Source of the DNA: Bacteroides fragilis
GTDB lineage: Bacteria; Bacteroidota; Bacteroidia; Bacteroidales; DTGW01
Reading direction: 5' to 3'
Assembly (NCBI GenBank): GCA_945889005.1
Contig: CAMDBI010000017.1
Coordinates: 227-64,226, forward strand
DNA: 64,000 bases
Position 1 is the first letter of the stretch, and each line of letters begins with the position of its first letter. Below, piece by piece: positions 29,637 to 41,000 of this stretch. Both the position numbers and the translations under genes were made by a program. The notes beneath the pieces were generated by a model, which was given only the letters and a program-made list of their open reading frames with translations, was not told where the DNA came from and did not search any database.

Positions 29637-32600
29637 TCATTTTTTCACTACTTTGAATTCGGTTATTATTTCTTTGTGTTTGATTATCAGGTTGTAAATG
29701 CCAGTTGTCTGATTATTAAAAATTATTTCATTTTGACTATTCAATTTTCCTTGTTCAATTACAACGCCCTGTGTATTAAACAGTACGTATTCTGCATCTA
29801 TCAAATTTGATTTCAAGCTAATATTTAAAATATCTTTTACAGGATTTGGATAGATATTTATCAAACTAGCCAGTTCGGTATTGATATTGGTAAATGGTGT
29901 AATTGTTAAATTACCATTTACATAGTTAAAATCATAATTCAAATCAGAACCTCCACTAAGACTAATTGGATATGTGCCAACTTGACTTTCTTTATTTGCA
30001 GTAGTATTTGCTTTTGGTTTTATATCAATATTAGCTTCTGTATCGGAATTAACAAAACCAGTATAAGTTATAGTCAGTTCTGGGTTTTCGACACCAAACA
30101 ACTTAGTTTTATCATCGGCAGTAGCAGTTAAAGCTGCTTTTGATACTATAATAGTACCGTTCGCATAGCTTACATCGTAGTTATTGTCGGTAGCGCCACT
30201 AACTGTAATGTCGTACGTGCCGGCATTGCTCGTTGTAGTTGCTAAAGTTGAAGCTGTAGCTTTGCTATCAAGCACATCGATATTTTCACTATTTACAAAA
30301 CCAGTGTAACTTACAGTTAAATCTGGGTTAACAGCTCCATAAACCTTCGATTTACTGTCGGCAGTAGCTGTTAGAGCTGCTTTGGCAATTTCGATGCCTT
30401 TCTGTATTATGTTGGAAGCTTCGTAATTGGTATTACCGAGATGCGAGGCTGTAATAGTTGCCGAACCGGCACCTACAATGGTTAGAGTATTGCCGTTTAT
30501 GGTAGCTACACTGGTATTGTTTGATTCATAACTTATAGATAAGCCCGATGAAGCTAAGCCAGTAAGGGTAATATCTGCATCGCCATACACTGCTGACAAA
30601 CTTTGCGACCAGCTAATGCTTTGAACGGCCTTGTTGGTAATAGTAATGGTTTTGGAAATGTTTTCCGATGCTTTGTAAAATTCGGTTTCGGGATATTTTA
30701 CCGAAATGGTAGCCGAACCAAAACCTTTGGCAAGAACCTTGTTCCCTTCAATCATGGCCACATCGGGGTTCGATGAGGTATAAATCAACAGTCCCGAAGG
30801 CCCTTCGTTGGGGGCAGAAAGCATTACTTCATCGTTAATACTAGCATTATCTGGCAATGTTTGCGACCATGAGTTGGTCATTACCTGCGAATGTTGTATT
30901 TTTTGAATACTCGCTGGAATGGTTTTTAAAACCGGATAAGGCGAAATAGTTGGGTTCATTTCCCATATAGTTGAAAAATTCCAAGCAGCATCTTTCCAGT
31001 TGGCAGAGGTTGTATAAAACGTTGCTGATTTAGCCTGTGCCGGTGTAATGTTTTGTCCGTTACGGTCAGTTAAAGTGCCGTTGGTAATTTTAGCGTTGTT
31101 CACAAACATATCGGCCCAGGCATATCCATTGGCATTGTATGGGCTATCGCCATTCAAGCGTCCTGTACTCTGATAATTATTTATAATACCGGCGTTGATC
31201 GCTACTATATTTTTAATAACCGAAGTGGCTCCCGAGTTATTTCTACCGTAAATTCCGCCCATATCTTGCGATGTAATACCGTCAATGATTGAAGTGCTAA
31301 AACAATAGTTAATATTGGCGGGGTTTAGCACTCCGGCAATACCGCCAGCCTTACCTTCTAAAGCAACTATTTTACCGGAAGTATAACAGTTTGTAATATT
31401 TGTATTACTTGCTATTCCGGCAATTCCACCAATACTCCAACGTCCATCAATATCGGCTAGAGAGAAGCATTGCTCAATGGTAACCAGTGTTGCATACGCA
31501 ACAATTCCACCAGCCCCTTCCGATACATTGGTTACTAAGCCCGTGAATGTTGAATTGCTTATATGTGTATTGGTTGCATAGCCAACCAAGCCACCACAAT
31601 TAAATATGCCAGTTACAACAGCAGAACTGTTGCAATTACGAATTTTGGCCATATTGCTAGTACTTCCGCTTATACCGCCTACCGCTTCATTTACCCCGGT
31701 TATTATGCCCGAACTAGTGCAATTTTCAATAATTGTACTTAACTGGTAGCCAGTTACAGCCCCTACATTAGAATAACCATTAATATTCACATTTTTGAGC
31801 ATAATATTCTTTAATGTGTCGTTACTGGTATAGCCGAATAATCCAATGTGGTTTGTAAAAGGCAGATTGATGATTAAATTATTTAAAGTGTATCCATTTC
31901 CATCGAAACTACCATTGAATTTTTGCGATTCGGAGCCAATAGGTTCCCAGTTTGCAATGGGCGACATATCAATATCGGCCATGAGCTTGTAATGGGCATT
32001 GAGGTCGTTGCGTACAAAATCAAGCTCGGCTAGGGTGTTAATAAGGTGTGGTTGTTCTTTGGAGCCGTTGGTGCTGCGCAGCACCAAGTTTTTCAGCATA
32101 CTGTCGGGGGCAAAGTAAGTATTGCCTTCAACAAATGCTTTAATGCTTGTACCTCCATTGGTATGTACGGTAAGTGTATTGCCCGATACCGATGCTACAG
32201 CTGGGTTGCTCGATGTGTATACAATGCTTGAACCGGCAGCTCCACCTACGGCAGTAAGGGTAATCACATCGCCTATTTCAAGGGTGTCAAATTTCTGATT
32301 CCACGCAATACCCTGCTGGTGTTTTACTTTCTGAACTTCGGTGTTAATGCCTTTCAATATTGGATAGGGTGAAACATTTGCATCCATAACCCAAACATCG
32401 GTAAAATTCCAGGCTTGTGTGTCCCAGTTCCCGGGGGTTGTATAGAAGGCTTCGGAGCCTAGCTGGGCGTAAGTAGTATTTAAACCATTATCATTGCTTA
32501 GTGTGCCATCGGCTATTTTTATATCTCCTACAACCATATCGTTCCAGGCGTAATTGTAGCTAAGAGTTGAGCTATTGCTTTCGCCGTTAATACGATTCAA

Positions 32601-35600
32601 TTCACCATATTTTGCAACTATTGCATTTGCAGCAAAAGAATTTTTTATTGTTGAATTGTCAAAATATCCATTTAATCCTCCTGCATAATCAATTCGGTTG
32701 AGCACTTTACCGGTTGCATAAGTATTCAATACGTTTATATTGTTTGTTTCTCCACAAATACCACCTACATAACTGTCGGATACCATAATTTCGCCAACAG
32801 AATAACAATTTTTAATTTCTGAGTTGTCATAAATGTATCCAGATATACCACCAGCACTATTGTTTGCCGATACATTAGCTGTGTTGAAACATTGGTCAAT
32901 TATACAATCTTCGGCATAGCCAACAATACCCCCGGTATAGTTGGGGCTGGTAACCAAACCGGTATTGTACGACAGGCTTAAGTCGCTCTTGTAAGCATAA
33001 CCTGCAATACCGCCTGCATCTTCATCTGAAGCTGAAATGGTACCTGATGAAGCACAAAGCTGGATAACAGTATTTTCCTCTGCATAACCTACTATACCGC
33101 CAATATAATATTCGCCCGAGATATTGCCTTGATTTTTGCAGTTTTTAATAGTTGTATAGCCAACATAACCGCTAATCCCCCCAACATAGTCGCTAGCTTT
33201 TACAGTACAGGAGCTGGTACAATTAATAATGGCAGTATTTGTATCGTAGGCTGTTCCGACAATACCTGCCACATGACTACGACCAGTTACGCTTCCCGAA
33301 GCATGACAGTTGTAAATGGTACCCCTTTCTACGTAACCCGATATAGCGCCTATATAGTCGCGAGCATTAATTTTTACATTAGTAAGCGTCAGGTTTTTAA
33401 TACTGTCTCCTTCGGTGTCGGGGTGGTAAAAGCCAAATAAGCCCATTTCCTGCATATCGGGTTTATTAATTACCAGATTCGAAATGGTATATCCACCGCC
33501 ATCAAACGAACCGGCAAAAGGAATGTTTGAGGTGCCAACAGGTATCCAGTCTTTGTAACCAGCCAAATCAAGATTGTTTACCAATTTATAATGTGCAGCC
33601 AAGTTATTGTGCATACCTTCAAGCTGTTCGTTGGTGCCAATTAGGTATGGGTTGGCTTTTGAACCAGTACCGCCTTCGTAAACCACGAGCTCGCGAACGA
33701 GGGTATCGGCTTTGTAGAATTGGCTTCCGGCAAGAGTGGTAGTTATTTCAACTTTTCCGGGTGCAAGTATAAATACGCTGTCGGCTTTTACACTTGCAAT
33801 GGCAGGGTTTGCCGAAGTATAGGTTAATTTGTTTACTCCACCTACAGCAGACAAAATAATAGTATCGTTAGGTTTTCCTTCAAGAGATTGTCCCCAACTA
33901 ATAGTTTGCGTATGCTTAATTTTCTGTATATCTTTCGAAAAAGCTTTTAAAATAGGAAAGGGTGAAACGTTGGTAGTGTCCATAGTCCATACATTGGCAA
34001 AATCCCAGGCAGTACTGTACCAGTTGGCGGGGTTTTTATAAAAGGCAGAGTCTTTTAACTGTGCAAGTGTGGCATTTTGGCCTTTTTGGTTATTGAGCAA
34101 GCCATCTGTAGTTAATTTATTGTCAACATAAATGTTTTCCCAGGCATAGTTATTTCTGCCTACTAAGTCTTCTTCCGAAGGGTTGATACGGTTTGCATGG
34201 TAGCCTTGTACTGTTTTTAAGGCTGCATTTGCAGCAAAGCAATTCTCGATATAGGTGGTGCTATTTAAACGGCTTGTAATACCACCTGCTAGTGCATTGT
34301 TGAAAATATAGCCCGTGCTGTAGCAGTTTCGTATGGTTACAGCATTAACTTCGCCACAAATACCGCCATACTTTGAACCATTGTTATTGACAGAAACAAT
34401 ATTGCTTGCCGAATAGCTGTTTGAAATTAAAGCACCTGTTGTTGCAAAGCCAACTATTCCACCTATGATATTTGCACTACGCGCGTAAATATTTCCGTAC
34501 GAAAAACACTGGTCAACCGTTGCGTTATCGTTTAACACAGCCGCTATGCTGCCAATATATGTACCGGCACAGTGAATTTCGATATTCGACCAGCTATTTA
34601 AAACGGCAGCATAAGAGCTTGATAAATATCCGGCAAGTCCCCCAGAACGGCTACTTACTATCATTTTGCCCGAGGCATTGCAATTAACTAGCCTTCCACC
34701 ATGCATGTAACCAACAATAGAGCCCATATTGGGGTCGTCGGCATTGGGGGCATATATATTCACATTGGTAAGTGAGAGGTTTTTAATGCTGTCCTGTGCC
34801 GTAGCAGGTTGGTAATGACCAAAAAGACCTATGTCGGAAATTACAGGATTTTTAATAGTCAGGTTGCCAATAGTATGCCCGTTGCCATCGAAGCTTCCGG
34901 TGAATTTTGAGGTGCTGGAGCCAATGGGTGCCCAATTGGGGTAAACGCTCAAGTCAATATCGGCAATAAGTTTAAAATGTTTGTCCCTCATATTCCTGAT
35001 ATGGTTCAGTTCTTCGGCTGTGCTTATCAGGTAAGGCTCAGCCTTTGTGCCTTTGCCTCCACTAAATGCCATTATTGGGTATGTTTCTTCAAACTCTTGG
35101 TAGTGGTTACCTCCGGGTAAAGCTGCAATAAAAACGTTAGCCCCACCCTTTAGAATAAATAAGGTGTCGCCATTTACTCGTGCACGGTCAGGTTGCGAAA
35201 GGCTATAAACAATATTATTTGGAGAACTATGGTACATGAAAACTATGGTATCTCCAATATTTCCCCAAAATGAGTTTTCATCAAAACGTTTCATCCATTG
35301 TGCATGTTTCACCTTTTGGCTGTCGGCTTCTAAGCCTTTTAATACCGGATAAGGCGAAATGGTGCTGTTCATGACCCATGTATCGGTAAAGTCCCATGCC
35401 TGTGTATCCCAGTTGCCGGGGGTGGTGTAAAATGTTTCGCTGCTAAGTTGTGCCAGCGTGGCATTAAGACCGTTTAAACCGTTGAGTTCGCCGGGGCTTA
35501 CAAGGTCGCTGTTTAAATAGGTACGTTCAAGGGCGTAGTTGTTTAAAAGAGTAGCCGTATTAACATAACCTGTAATTCTGTTTATATCATTACCGTTTTT

Positions 35601-37913
35601 AAGAACTAATCTGGGGTTTATGGTTACACAGTTTTTTACGGTAGTGGTTTCGGTATTGCCAATAATACCGCCAGTTTCTCCATCGTTGGCCTGCACTATT
35701 CCTGTTGAATACGATTCGATAATTTGTGAACCAATAGATGCGCCACATATACCGCCTGCCGAAACCTCCATTGGACTGCGGGTTAAATCTATCAATCCGG
35801 TATTATAGCACTTTTCAATAAGGCTATTTTCTGTCATACGGCCTGCTATACCACCAGCATCGAAACTGCTTTCAACAGTTCCGTGGTTGACCGAATATTG
35901 GATAGTGCTTTCCTGAATAGTACCTGCAATACCTCCGGTTCGGTTGTTACCTAAAATGTTTCCCTTGTTTTGGCAATATTTAATGAAAGAACTTATTGCT
36001 TCCCCAGCAATACCGCCATTATATTGTCCTTCGGCATTTTCAACACTTCCAGTAAAAACACAATTTTGGGCTGTACCATACCATAAACTGGCTGTAATAC
36101 CCCCGGCGGCATTGCCCATGGCAACAACTTTACAGCTGCTGCTGCAATTATAAATACTGCCAGGGTCTAAACCACCTGCAATACCTCCTGCATTATAATC
36201 TATCGCGGTTACTATTCCCGAGCTGTGGCAATTGTATATAACAGCCGATTCGGCATAGCCCGTTATGGCACCAATACCACTAAGACCCCTGATGTTAACA
36301 TTGGTTACCGTTACATTTTTTATGCTGTCGTTTTCGGTTGCCGGTTTGAACATGCCAAACAAACCGGTAAATTCCTCAGTAGGCCTGTCAAATTTCAAAT
36401 TGCTGATAACAAAACCGCCTCCATCGAAACTGCCTGAAAATGGCGCATGATAATTAGGTCCTATGGGATCCCAATTGCTGTATAACTGAAGGTCAATATT
36501 GGCATTAAGCTTGTAATGTGCTGCTAAATCATTGCGTATGGCATTAAAATCTTCAACGGTGTTTATTATATATGGCTTTGCTTTGCTGCCATTGCCTGCA
36601 GCAAAAACTGCAATTTCTTTAACCATGGTATCGGCTTCATAAAATTCGCTGCCTGCAACAATGGCTTTAATAATTGCATTGCCAGTTTTGTGCGCTGTTA
36701 AGCGGTTACCAGAAATTGATGCCACCGAAGGGTCGGACGATTCGTAATGTAAAGCATTTACACCCCCTGCCGCAGTTAAATCAATTGCGCTGCCAACTAA
36801 TGCACTCAAAGGTTGCTTCCACAAAACTTTTTGGAAATGTTTTATTTTTTGTGGGGTGGTTGAAAAAATTTTTAGTATCGGATAGGGCGAAACGCTGCTG
36901 TTTAATGTCCATACATTGGTAAGATCCCAGGCTGCGCTTTCCCAATTCCCGGCAGTTTCGTAAAATGAAAGCTCCGATGCCTGGGCAAGGCTAATGTTTT
37001 GCCCGTTATGATTGTTGTGTTCACCATCGGAAATTTTTTGGTATTGAACCAACATATTGTCCCATGCATAGTTTTTGCCCAGATTATTGGTACTGTTCCT
37101 GCCATCAACAATACGGCCAATATAATTATATTCATTGTACCTCGATGTAATTGAAGTATTAAGCGCTACACAATTTTTAACCGTGCCATAATTTGAAGAA
37201 GCAACTATCCCGCCAAAAACTTCGTACGACATAGAGCTTACCCCGCCTGTTGAATAGCAATATTCTATTGCCGAATAACTGTTGTATTCAACCAACCCGC
37301 CTGTGTAATAATTGTTACGAATATTTCCCCCATCAACATTGGCAGTTGAATAGCAATTTTTTAAAATAGAATTGCTTATCAAAGAACCAATTATACCCCC
37401 TGCGCCCCAATCGCTCCTTACTGAGCCTGTAACAAAGCAGTTTTCAATTACACTGTTTGATGCTTGCCCGATTAAGGCACCAACAGTTTGGTAACCTTTA
37501 ATATTTACATTAACAAGGCCTACGTTTTTAATAGTATCCCGAACTGTGGGTTGAAAACATCCAAATAAACCCGTATAAGCCTGTTCGCGGTTAATAGTGA
37601 GGCTATATATTATTTTTCCGTTACCGTTAAAACTGCCTTTAAACTGGGTGGTCGTATTGCCTATGGGCAACCAACCTTCACTGCCCCAGGCAGTATTTCC
37701 AGCACCGCCTTCGGCTAAATATGAGGACAGGTCAATATCGTTCATCAGCTTAAAGTGGCTGGTGAGGTAATTGCGCACCTCGTTAAGTTGTGCGGGTGTG
37801 GTAATTTGGTAAGGGTTGGCTTTGGTGCCGGTGCCAATGCCAGTGAATTGGGAAAACACATTTATTGTTGCAGACACGGCAACTAGCAATGCGATAGCAA
37901 TTTGCTTTCTCAT
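29637..37913 (-). CDS. Giant secreted cell-surface protein: signal peptide, five GLUG-motif beta-helix/Ig-like modules, two MBG domains, T9SS C-terminal sorting domain
   Basis: 2758 aa. Signal peptide MRKQIAIALLVAVSATINVFSQ. Dozens of GG(I/L)(A/V)G GLUG-type repeats. Big_2-like segments (YTSSNP.VASV.GN.LT). Tandem KAALTATAD.K.K(V/L)(Y/F)G...YTGFVNS MBG units. Tail INIYPNPVKDILNISL...IYNLIIK is typical of T9SS CTDs. Confidence 0.85.
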   Translation of the reverse strand: MRKQIAIALLVAVSATINVFSQFTGIGTGTKANPYQITTPAQLNEVRNYLTSHFKLMNDIDLSSYLAEGGAGNTAWGSEGWLPIGNTTTQFKGSFNGNGKIIYSLTINREQAYTGLFGCFQPTVRDTIKNVGLVNVNIKGYQTVGALIGQASNSVIENCFVTGSVRSDWGAGGIIGSLISNSILKNCYSTANVDGGNIRNNYYTGGLVEYNSYSAIEYCYSTGGVSSMSYEVFGGIVASSNYGTVKNCVALNTSITSRYNEYNYIGRIVDGRNSTNNLGKNYAWDNMLVQYQKISDGEHNNHNGQNISLAQASELSFYETAGNWESAAWDLTNVWTLNSSVSPYPILKIFSTTPQKIKHFQKVLWKQPLSALVGSAIDLTAAGGVNALHYESSDPSVASISGNRLTAHKTGNAIIKAIVAGSEFYEADTMVKEIAVFAAGNGSKAKPYIINTVEDFNAIRNDLAAHYKLNANIDLQLYSNWDPIGPNYHAPFSGSFDGGGFVISNLKFDRPTEEFTGLFGMFKPATENDSIKNVTVTNVNIRGLSGIGAITGYAESAVIYNCHSSGIVTAIDYNAGGIAGGLDPGSIYNCSSSCKVVAMGNAAGGITASLWYGTAQNCVFTGSVENAEGQYNGGIAGEAISSFIKYCQNKGNILGNNRTGGIAGTIQESTIQYSVNHGTVESSFDAGGIAGRMTENSLIEKCYNTGLIDLTRSPMEVSAGGICGASIGSQIIESYSTGIVQANDGETGGIIGNTETTTVKNCVTINPRLVLKNGNDINRITGYVNTATLLNNYALERTYLNSDLVSPGELNGLNGLNATLAQLSSETFYTTPGNWDTQAWDFTDTWVMNSTISPYPVLKGLEADSQKVKHAQWMKRFDENSFWGNIGDTIVFMYHSSPNNIVYSLSQPDRARVNGDTLFILKGGANVFIAALPGGNHYQEFEETYPIMAFSGGKGTKAEPYLISTAEELNHIRNMRDKHFKLIADIDLSVYPNWAPIGSSTSKFTGSFDGNGHTIGNLTIKNPVISDIGLFGHYQPATAQDSIKNLSLTNVNIYAPNADDPNMGSIVGYMHGGRLVNCNASGKMIVSSRSGGLAGYLSSSYAAVLNSWSNIEIHCAGTYIGSIAAVLNDNATVDQCFSYGNIYARSANIIGGIVGFATTGALISNSYSASNIVSVNNNGSKYGGICGEVNAVTIRNCYSTGYIFNNALAGGITSRLNSTTYIENCFAANAALKTVQGYHANRINPSEEDLVGRNNYAWENIYVDNKLTTDGLLNNQKGQNATLAQLKDSAFYKNPANWYSTAWDFANVWTMDTTNVSPFPILKAFSKDIQKIKHTQTISWGQSLEGKPNDTIILSAVGGVNKLTYTSANPAIASVKADSVFILAPGKVEITTTLAGSQFYKADTLVRELVVYEGGTGSKANPYLIGTNEQLEGMHNNLAAHYKLVNNLDLAGYKDWIPVGTSNIPFAGSFDGGGYTISNLVINKPDMQEMGLFGFYHPDTEGDSIKNLTLTNVKINARDYIGAISGYVERGTIYNCHASGSVTGRSHVAGIVGTAYDTNTAIINCTSSCTVKASDYVGGISGYVGYTTIKNCKNQGNISGEYYIGGIVGYAEENTVIQLCASSGTISASDEDAGGIAGYAYKSDLSLSYNTGLVTSPNYTGGIVGYAEDCIIDQCFNTANVSANNSAGGISGYIYDNSEIKNCYSVGEIMVSDSYVGGICGETNNINVLNTYATGKVLNRIDYAGGLNGYFDNSTIKNSFAANAIVAKYGELNRINGESNSSTLSYNYAWNDMVVGDIKIADGTLSNDNGLNTTYAQLGSEAFYTTPGNWDTQAWNFTDVWVMDANVSPYPILKGINTEVQKVKHQQGIAWNQKFDTLEIGDVITLTAVGGAAGSSIVYTSSNPAVASVSGNTLTVHTNGGTSIKAFVEGNTYFAPDSMLKNLVLRSTNGSKEQPHLINTLAELDFVRNDLNAHYKLMADIDMSPIANWEPIGSESQKFNGSFDGNGYTLNNLIINLPFTNHIGLFGYTSNDTLKNIMLKNVNINGYSNVGAVTGYQLSTIIENCTSSGIITGVNEAVGGISGSTSNMAKIRNCNSSAVVTGIFNCGGLVGYATNTHISNSTFTGLVTNVSEGAGGIVAYATLVTIEQCFSLADIDGRWSIGGIAGIASNTNITNCYTSGKIVALEGKAGGIAGVLNPANINYCFSTSIIDGITSQDMGGIYGRNNSGATSVIKNIVAINAGIINNYQSTGRLNGDSPYNANGYAWADMFVNNAKITNGTLTDRNGQNITPAQAKSATFYTTSANWKDAAWNFSTIWEMNPTISPYPVLKTIPASIQKIQHSQVMTNSWSQTLPDNASINDEVMLSAPNEGPSGLLIYTSSNPDVAMIEGNKVLAKGFGSATISVKYPETEFYKASENISKTITITNKAVQSISWSQSLSAVYGDADITLTGLASSGLSISYESNNTSVATINGNTLTIVGAGSATITASHLGNTNYEASNIIQKGIEIAKAALTATADSKSKVYGAVNPDLTVSYTGFVNSENIDVLDSKATASTLATTTSNAGTYDITVSGATDNNYDVSYANGTIIVSKAALTATADDKTKLFGVENPELTITYTGFVNSDTEANIDIKPKANTTANKESQVGTYPISLSGGSDLNYDFNYVNGNLTITPFTNINTELASLINIYPNPVKDILNISLKSNLIDAEYVLFNTQGVVIEQGKLNSQNEIIFNNQTTGIYNLIIKHKEIITEFKVVKK
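30636..37847 (-). repeat. Five tandem protein-coding modules inside the giant gene
   Basis: Module starts mapped by hand at aa 23, 437, 950, 1412 and 1946 (nt 37847, 36605, 35066, 33680, 32078). Each opens with G.G(S/T)K(A/E).P(Y/H).I.T...(L/F)..(V/I/M)(R/H)N.L..H(F/Y)KL...(I/L)D(L/M). Each closes with FY....NW...AW.F..VW.M....SP(Y/F)P(I/V)LK...QK(I/V)(K/Q)H plus an Ig-like domain. Confidence 0.8.
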
Positions 37914-37987
37914 TTATTTATCGGTTTTAATGGTTAAAGATGAAATATTAAAAAACACAATTTTAATTTTTAAAGTAATCTCAAAAT

Positions 37988-38016
37988 GTTATAAAAATAT
38001 TCATTTTTTTTATAAC
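37988..38016. promoter_or_regulatory. 10-bp inverted repeat in the divergent promoter region between the giant gene and the CHASE kinase gene
   Basis: GTTATAAAAA (37988-37997) and TTTTTATAAC (38007-38016), with a 9-nt spacer. Confidence 0.3.
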
Positions 38017-38096
38017 TTTAATATTCGACCTTAAAATCTATCGTTTTTGAATCCTATTTCAAAATTGCCATTTGAGAATATTAATTTAATTATAAG

Positions 38097-41000
38097 ATGA
38101 TAAAGAAAAATCATCAGTATCGAACAAAACTAAATACTGCTTGGAGAGCGATAATAGTTTTAATTGTTTGTATAGGTTTTACAACTTTTGCTAGCTACTA
38201 CACAAAAGTCTATCTTGAAAAGGAAGAAATTATAGAGTTTCAATTGCTTTGTGCCGATATCAAAACTAAAATAAGTACTCGGTTATATGCTCATGCACAG
38301 CTTTTAAGAAGTGGATCTGCTTTTTTTTCTTCTGCCGATAGTGTTTTGCGCGACGATTGGCGAAATTTTTATGAACATGCTCACATTTCGAAAAATTTAC
38401 CGGGTATTCAGGGTTTGGGTTATGTACAAATAATTCCAAAAAATCAATTAAAGACTCATATTCAAAGTGTTCGCGAACAAGGTTTTCCTAACTATGCTGT
38501 TTATCCCGATGGCGATAGAAGTGTCTATTCTTCAGTAGTTTACTTGGAGCCATTTGTTGGTCGTAACCTACGTGCTTTTGGTTACGATATGCTTTCGGAA
38601 CCGGTTCGACGAAAAGCCATGGAAATTGCACGCGATTCAAATATCGCGATGCTTTCTGGAAAGGTTAAACTGGTGCAAGAAACAAACAACGATGTTCAAT
38701 TTGGAACTTTAATGTATGTGCCTGTATATAGGCACAATAGTCTAATCGAGACTGTTGATCAACGCAGGGCTGCTATTGTCGGCTGGGTTTATAGTCCATA
38801 TCGAATGAACGACCTAATGGAAGGTATTTTGGGACGTTGGGATATAATAAAACATGGACGTATACATTTACATGTTTACGACAACAATACTATTTCTACA
38901 GAAGCATTATTGTACGATAGTCAGAGATTCGATTCAATAATTCATAATGATAAATCGGCTTTAATTGTTTCAACTCCTGTTGAATTTAATGGTAAATATT
39001 GGACACTTCTATTTAAAAGCCGATATGAACATAGTCTGTTGTTTCATAGTAAGGTGCTAGTTGTGTTTATAATGGGTTGTGTTATAAGTTTTTTGTTGTT
39101 CTTTTTAACCTTGTCTTTGTTCAATACCAGATTTAGAGCTCAAAAGATTGCAGAACAACTTACTTCTGAAATAAAAGAAAGTGAAGCCAAATCGTCGGCA
39201 ATATTGCATACTTTGCCCGACATGATGTTTATTCAGGATATAAATGGAGTTTATATCGATTTTTTTGTGCCGCAAAATGTTAAAACCTTTGTTCCTCCAA
39301 AGGTTTTTTTGGGTCAAAGAATGGAGAATGTTTTACCGCCAGATGTTGTTGATCGTTTTATTCCTTTATTTAAGAAAGCCATTGAAACAAATCAAACACA
39401 ATTTTTAGAGTATACGCTCGTAATGCCCGATAGAATAAGGTACTACGAAGCTCGAACTATTGCTTTTGAAATCAATAAGGTATTAAGTATTGTTCGCGAT
39501 ATTACCGCTAGAAAAGATGCTGAAGAGCAGCTTGAACAAATTCGAAAAAACTATGAAACATTTTTTAATACGATAGACGATTTTTTGTTTGTACTCGACG
39601 AGCAGGCTAATATTATTCATGTCAACGAAACCGTGAGAAAACGATTGGAATATTCCGATGATGAACTTCGTGGATTGTCGGTACTGATGGTACATCCTGC
39701 AGAACGTAGAGAAGAAGCTGCTCGAATAGTTGGCGAAATGCTCGAAGGGAAAACCGATCATTGTCCGGTTCCATTAATTTCAAAAACTGGAAAAATTATT
39801 CTAGTCGAAACAAGGGTTTCTCTTGGGCAGTGGGATGGTCAACCTGCTCTGTTTGGAGTAACTAAAGATGTTTCGAAACTTAAACTTTCGGAAGAGCGCT
39901 TCTCAAAAGCTTTTAATAATAGTGCAACCATTATGGCAATATCGGTATTTGATACTGGCAAGTTTATTGAGGTCAATCAAATATTTCTCGATACTTTTAA
40001 TCTCAAACGCGATGATGTTATTGGAAAAACTTCCATTGAACTAAATATTTTTTCTAAAGAAAATAGAGATAAAATTAAGAAAGAGAGCTATTCTGGCAAA
40101 AAGATTACAAATCTTGAAGTTGACATTAGGTTTGGAGAGAAACTCATTTATGGTTTATTTTCGGCCGATGTAATATACATTCAAGATACAAAATGTTGGC
40201 TTACAGTAATGCAAAATATTACAGAAAGAAAAAAAGCCGAACAAACAATTAAAGAAGCCTTAAATATGCAAAAATTATTGCTCGACAATATATCTGCAGG
40301 GGTTGTTATTATTGATGCAGATACACATATTGTTGAAAATATAAACGAAGCCGGTTGCGAATTGTTTGGTGACACTTCTGAAAACATTACCGGAAAGAGG
40401 TGTTTCAATTACTTGTGTGTCAATGGCGAGGGGAATTGTCCAATTACAGATAATGATCAGGATATCGAAAATGCAGAACGCGATTTGCTTCAAAAAAACG
40501 GCAACCGATTACCCATATTGAAAACGGTAAAAAGAATCGTAATTAATGAAAAAAATAAACTCATTGAAACTTTTATCGATATTTCGTCGCTTAAAAAAAT
40601 TGAAACCGAGCTTAAACAATTAGCTACACGACTTTCGTTAGCCACAAATGCCGGGGGAGTTGGTATTTGGGATTGGGACATTGTAAATAATAATCTAATT
40701 TGGGACGATCAGATGTATGCTCTTTATGGCATAACTAAAGATACTTTTAGTGGAGCATACGATGCTTGGGTTGCGGGTTTGCACCCCGACGATAAAGTAC
40801 GTGGCGATGATGAAATTCAAATGGCAATAAACGGCGAAAAAGAATTTAATACCGAGTTTAGGGTATTATGGCCCGATAAGTCGATTCATACTATTAGAGC
40901 TTTGGCTATTGTTCAACGCGACGAATCGGGCAATGCCCTTCACATAGTCGGTACAAATTGGGATATCACTACTCAAAAGCAAAATGAACAGGCCCTTATA

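Noticed and set aside
30000-37800. About a dozen 60-100-aa plus-strand ORFs inside the giant gene (for example 33129-33440 and 36674-36922)
   Set aside because: They are antisense to a continuous 2758-aa reading frame with strong domain periodicity, and the peptides are low-complexity or odd in composition.
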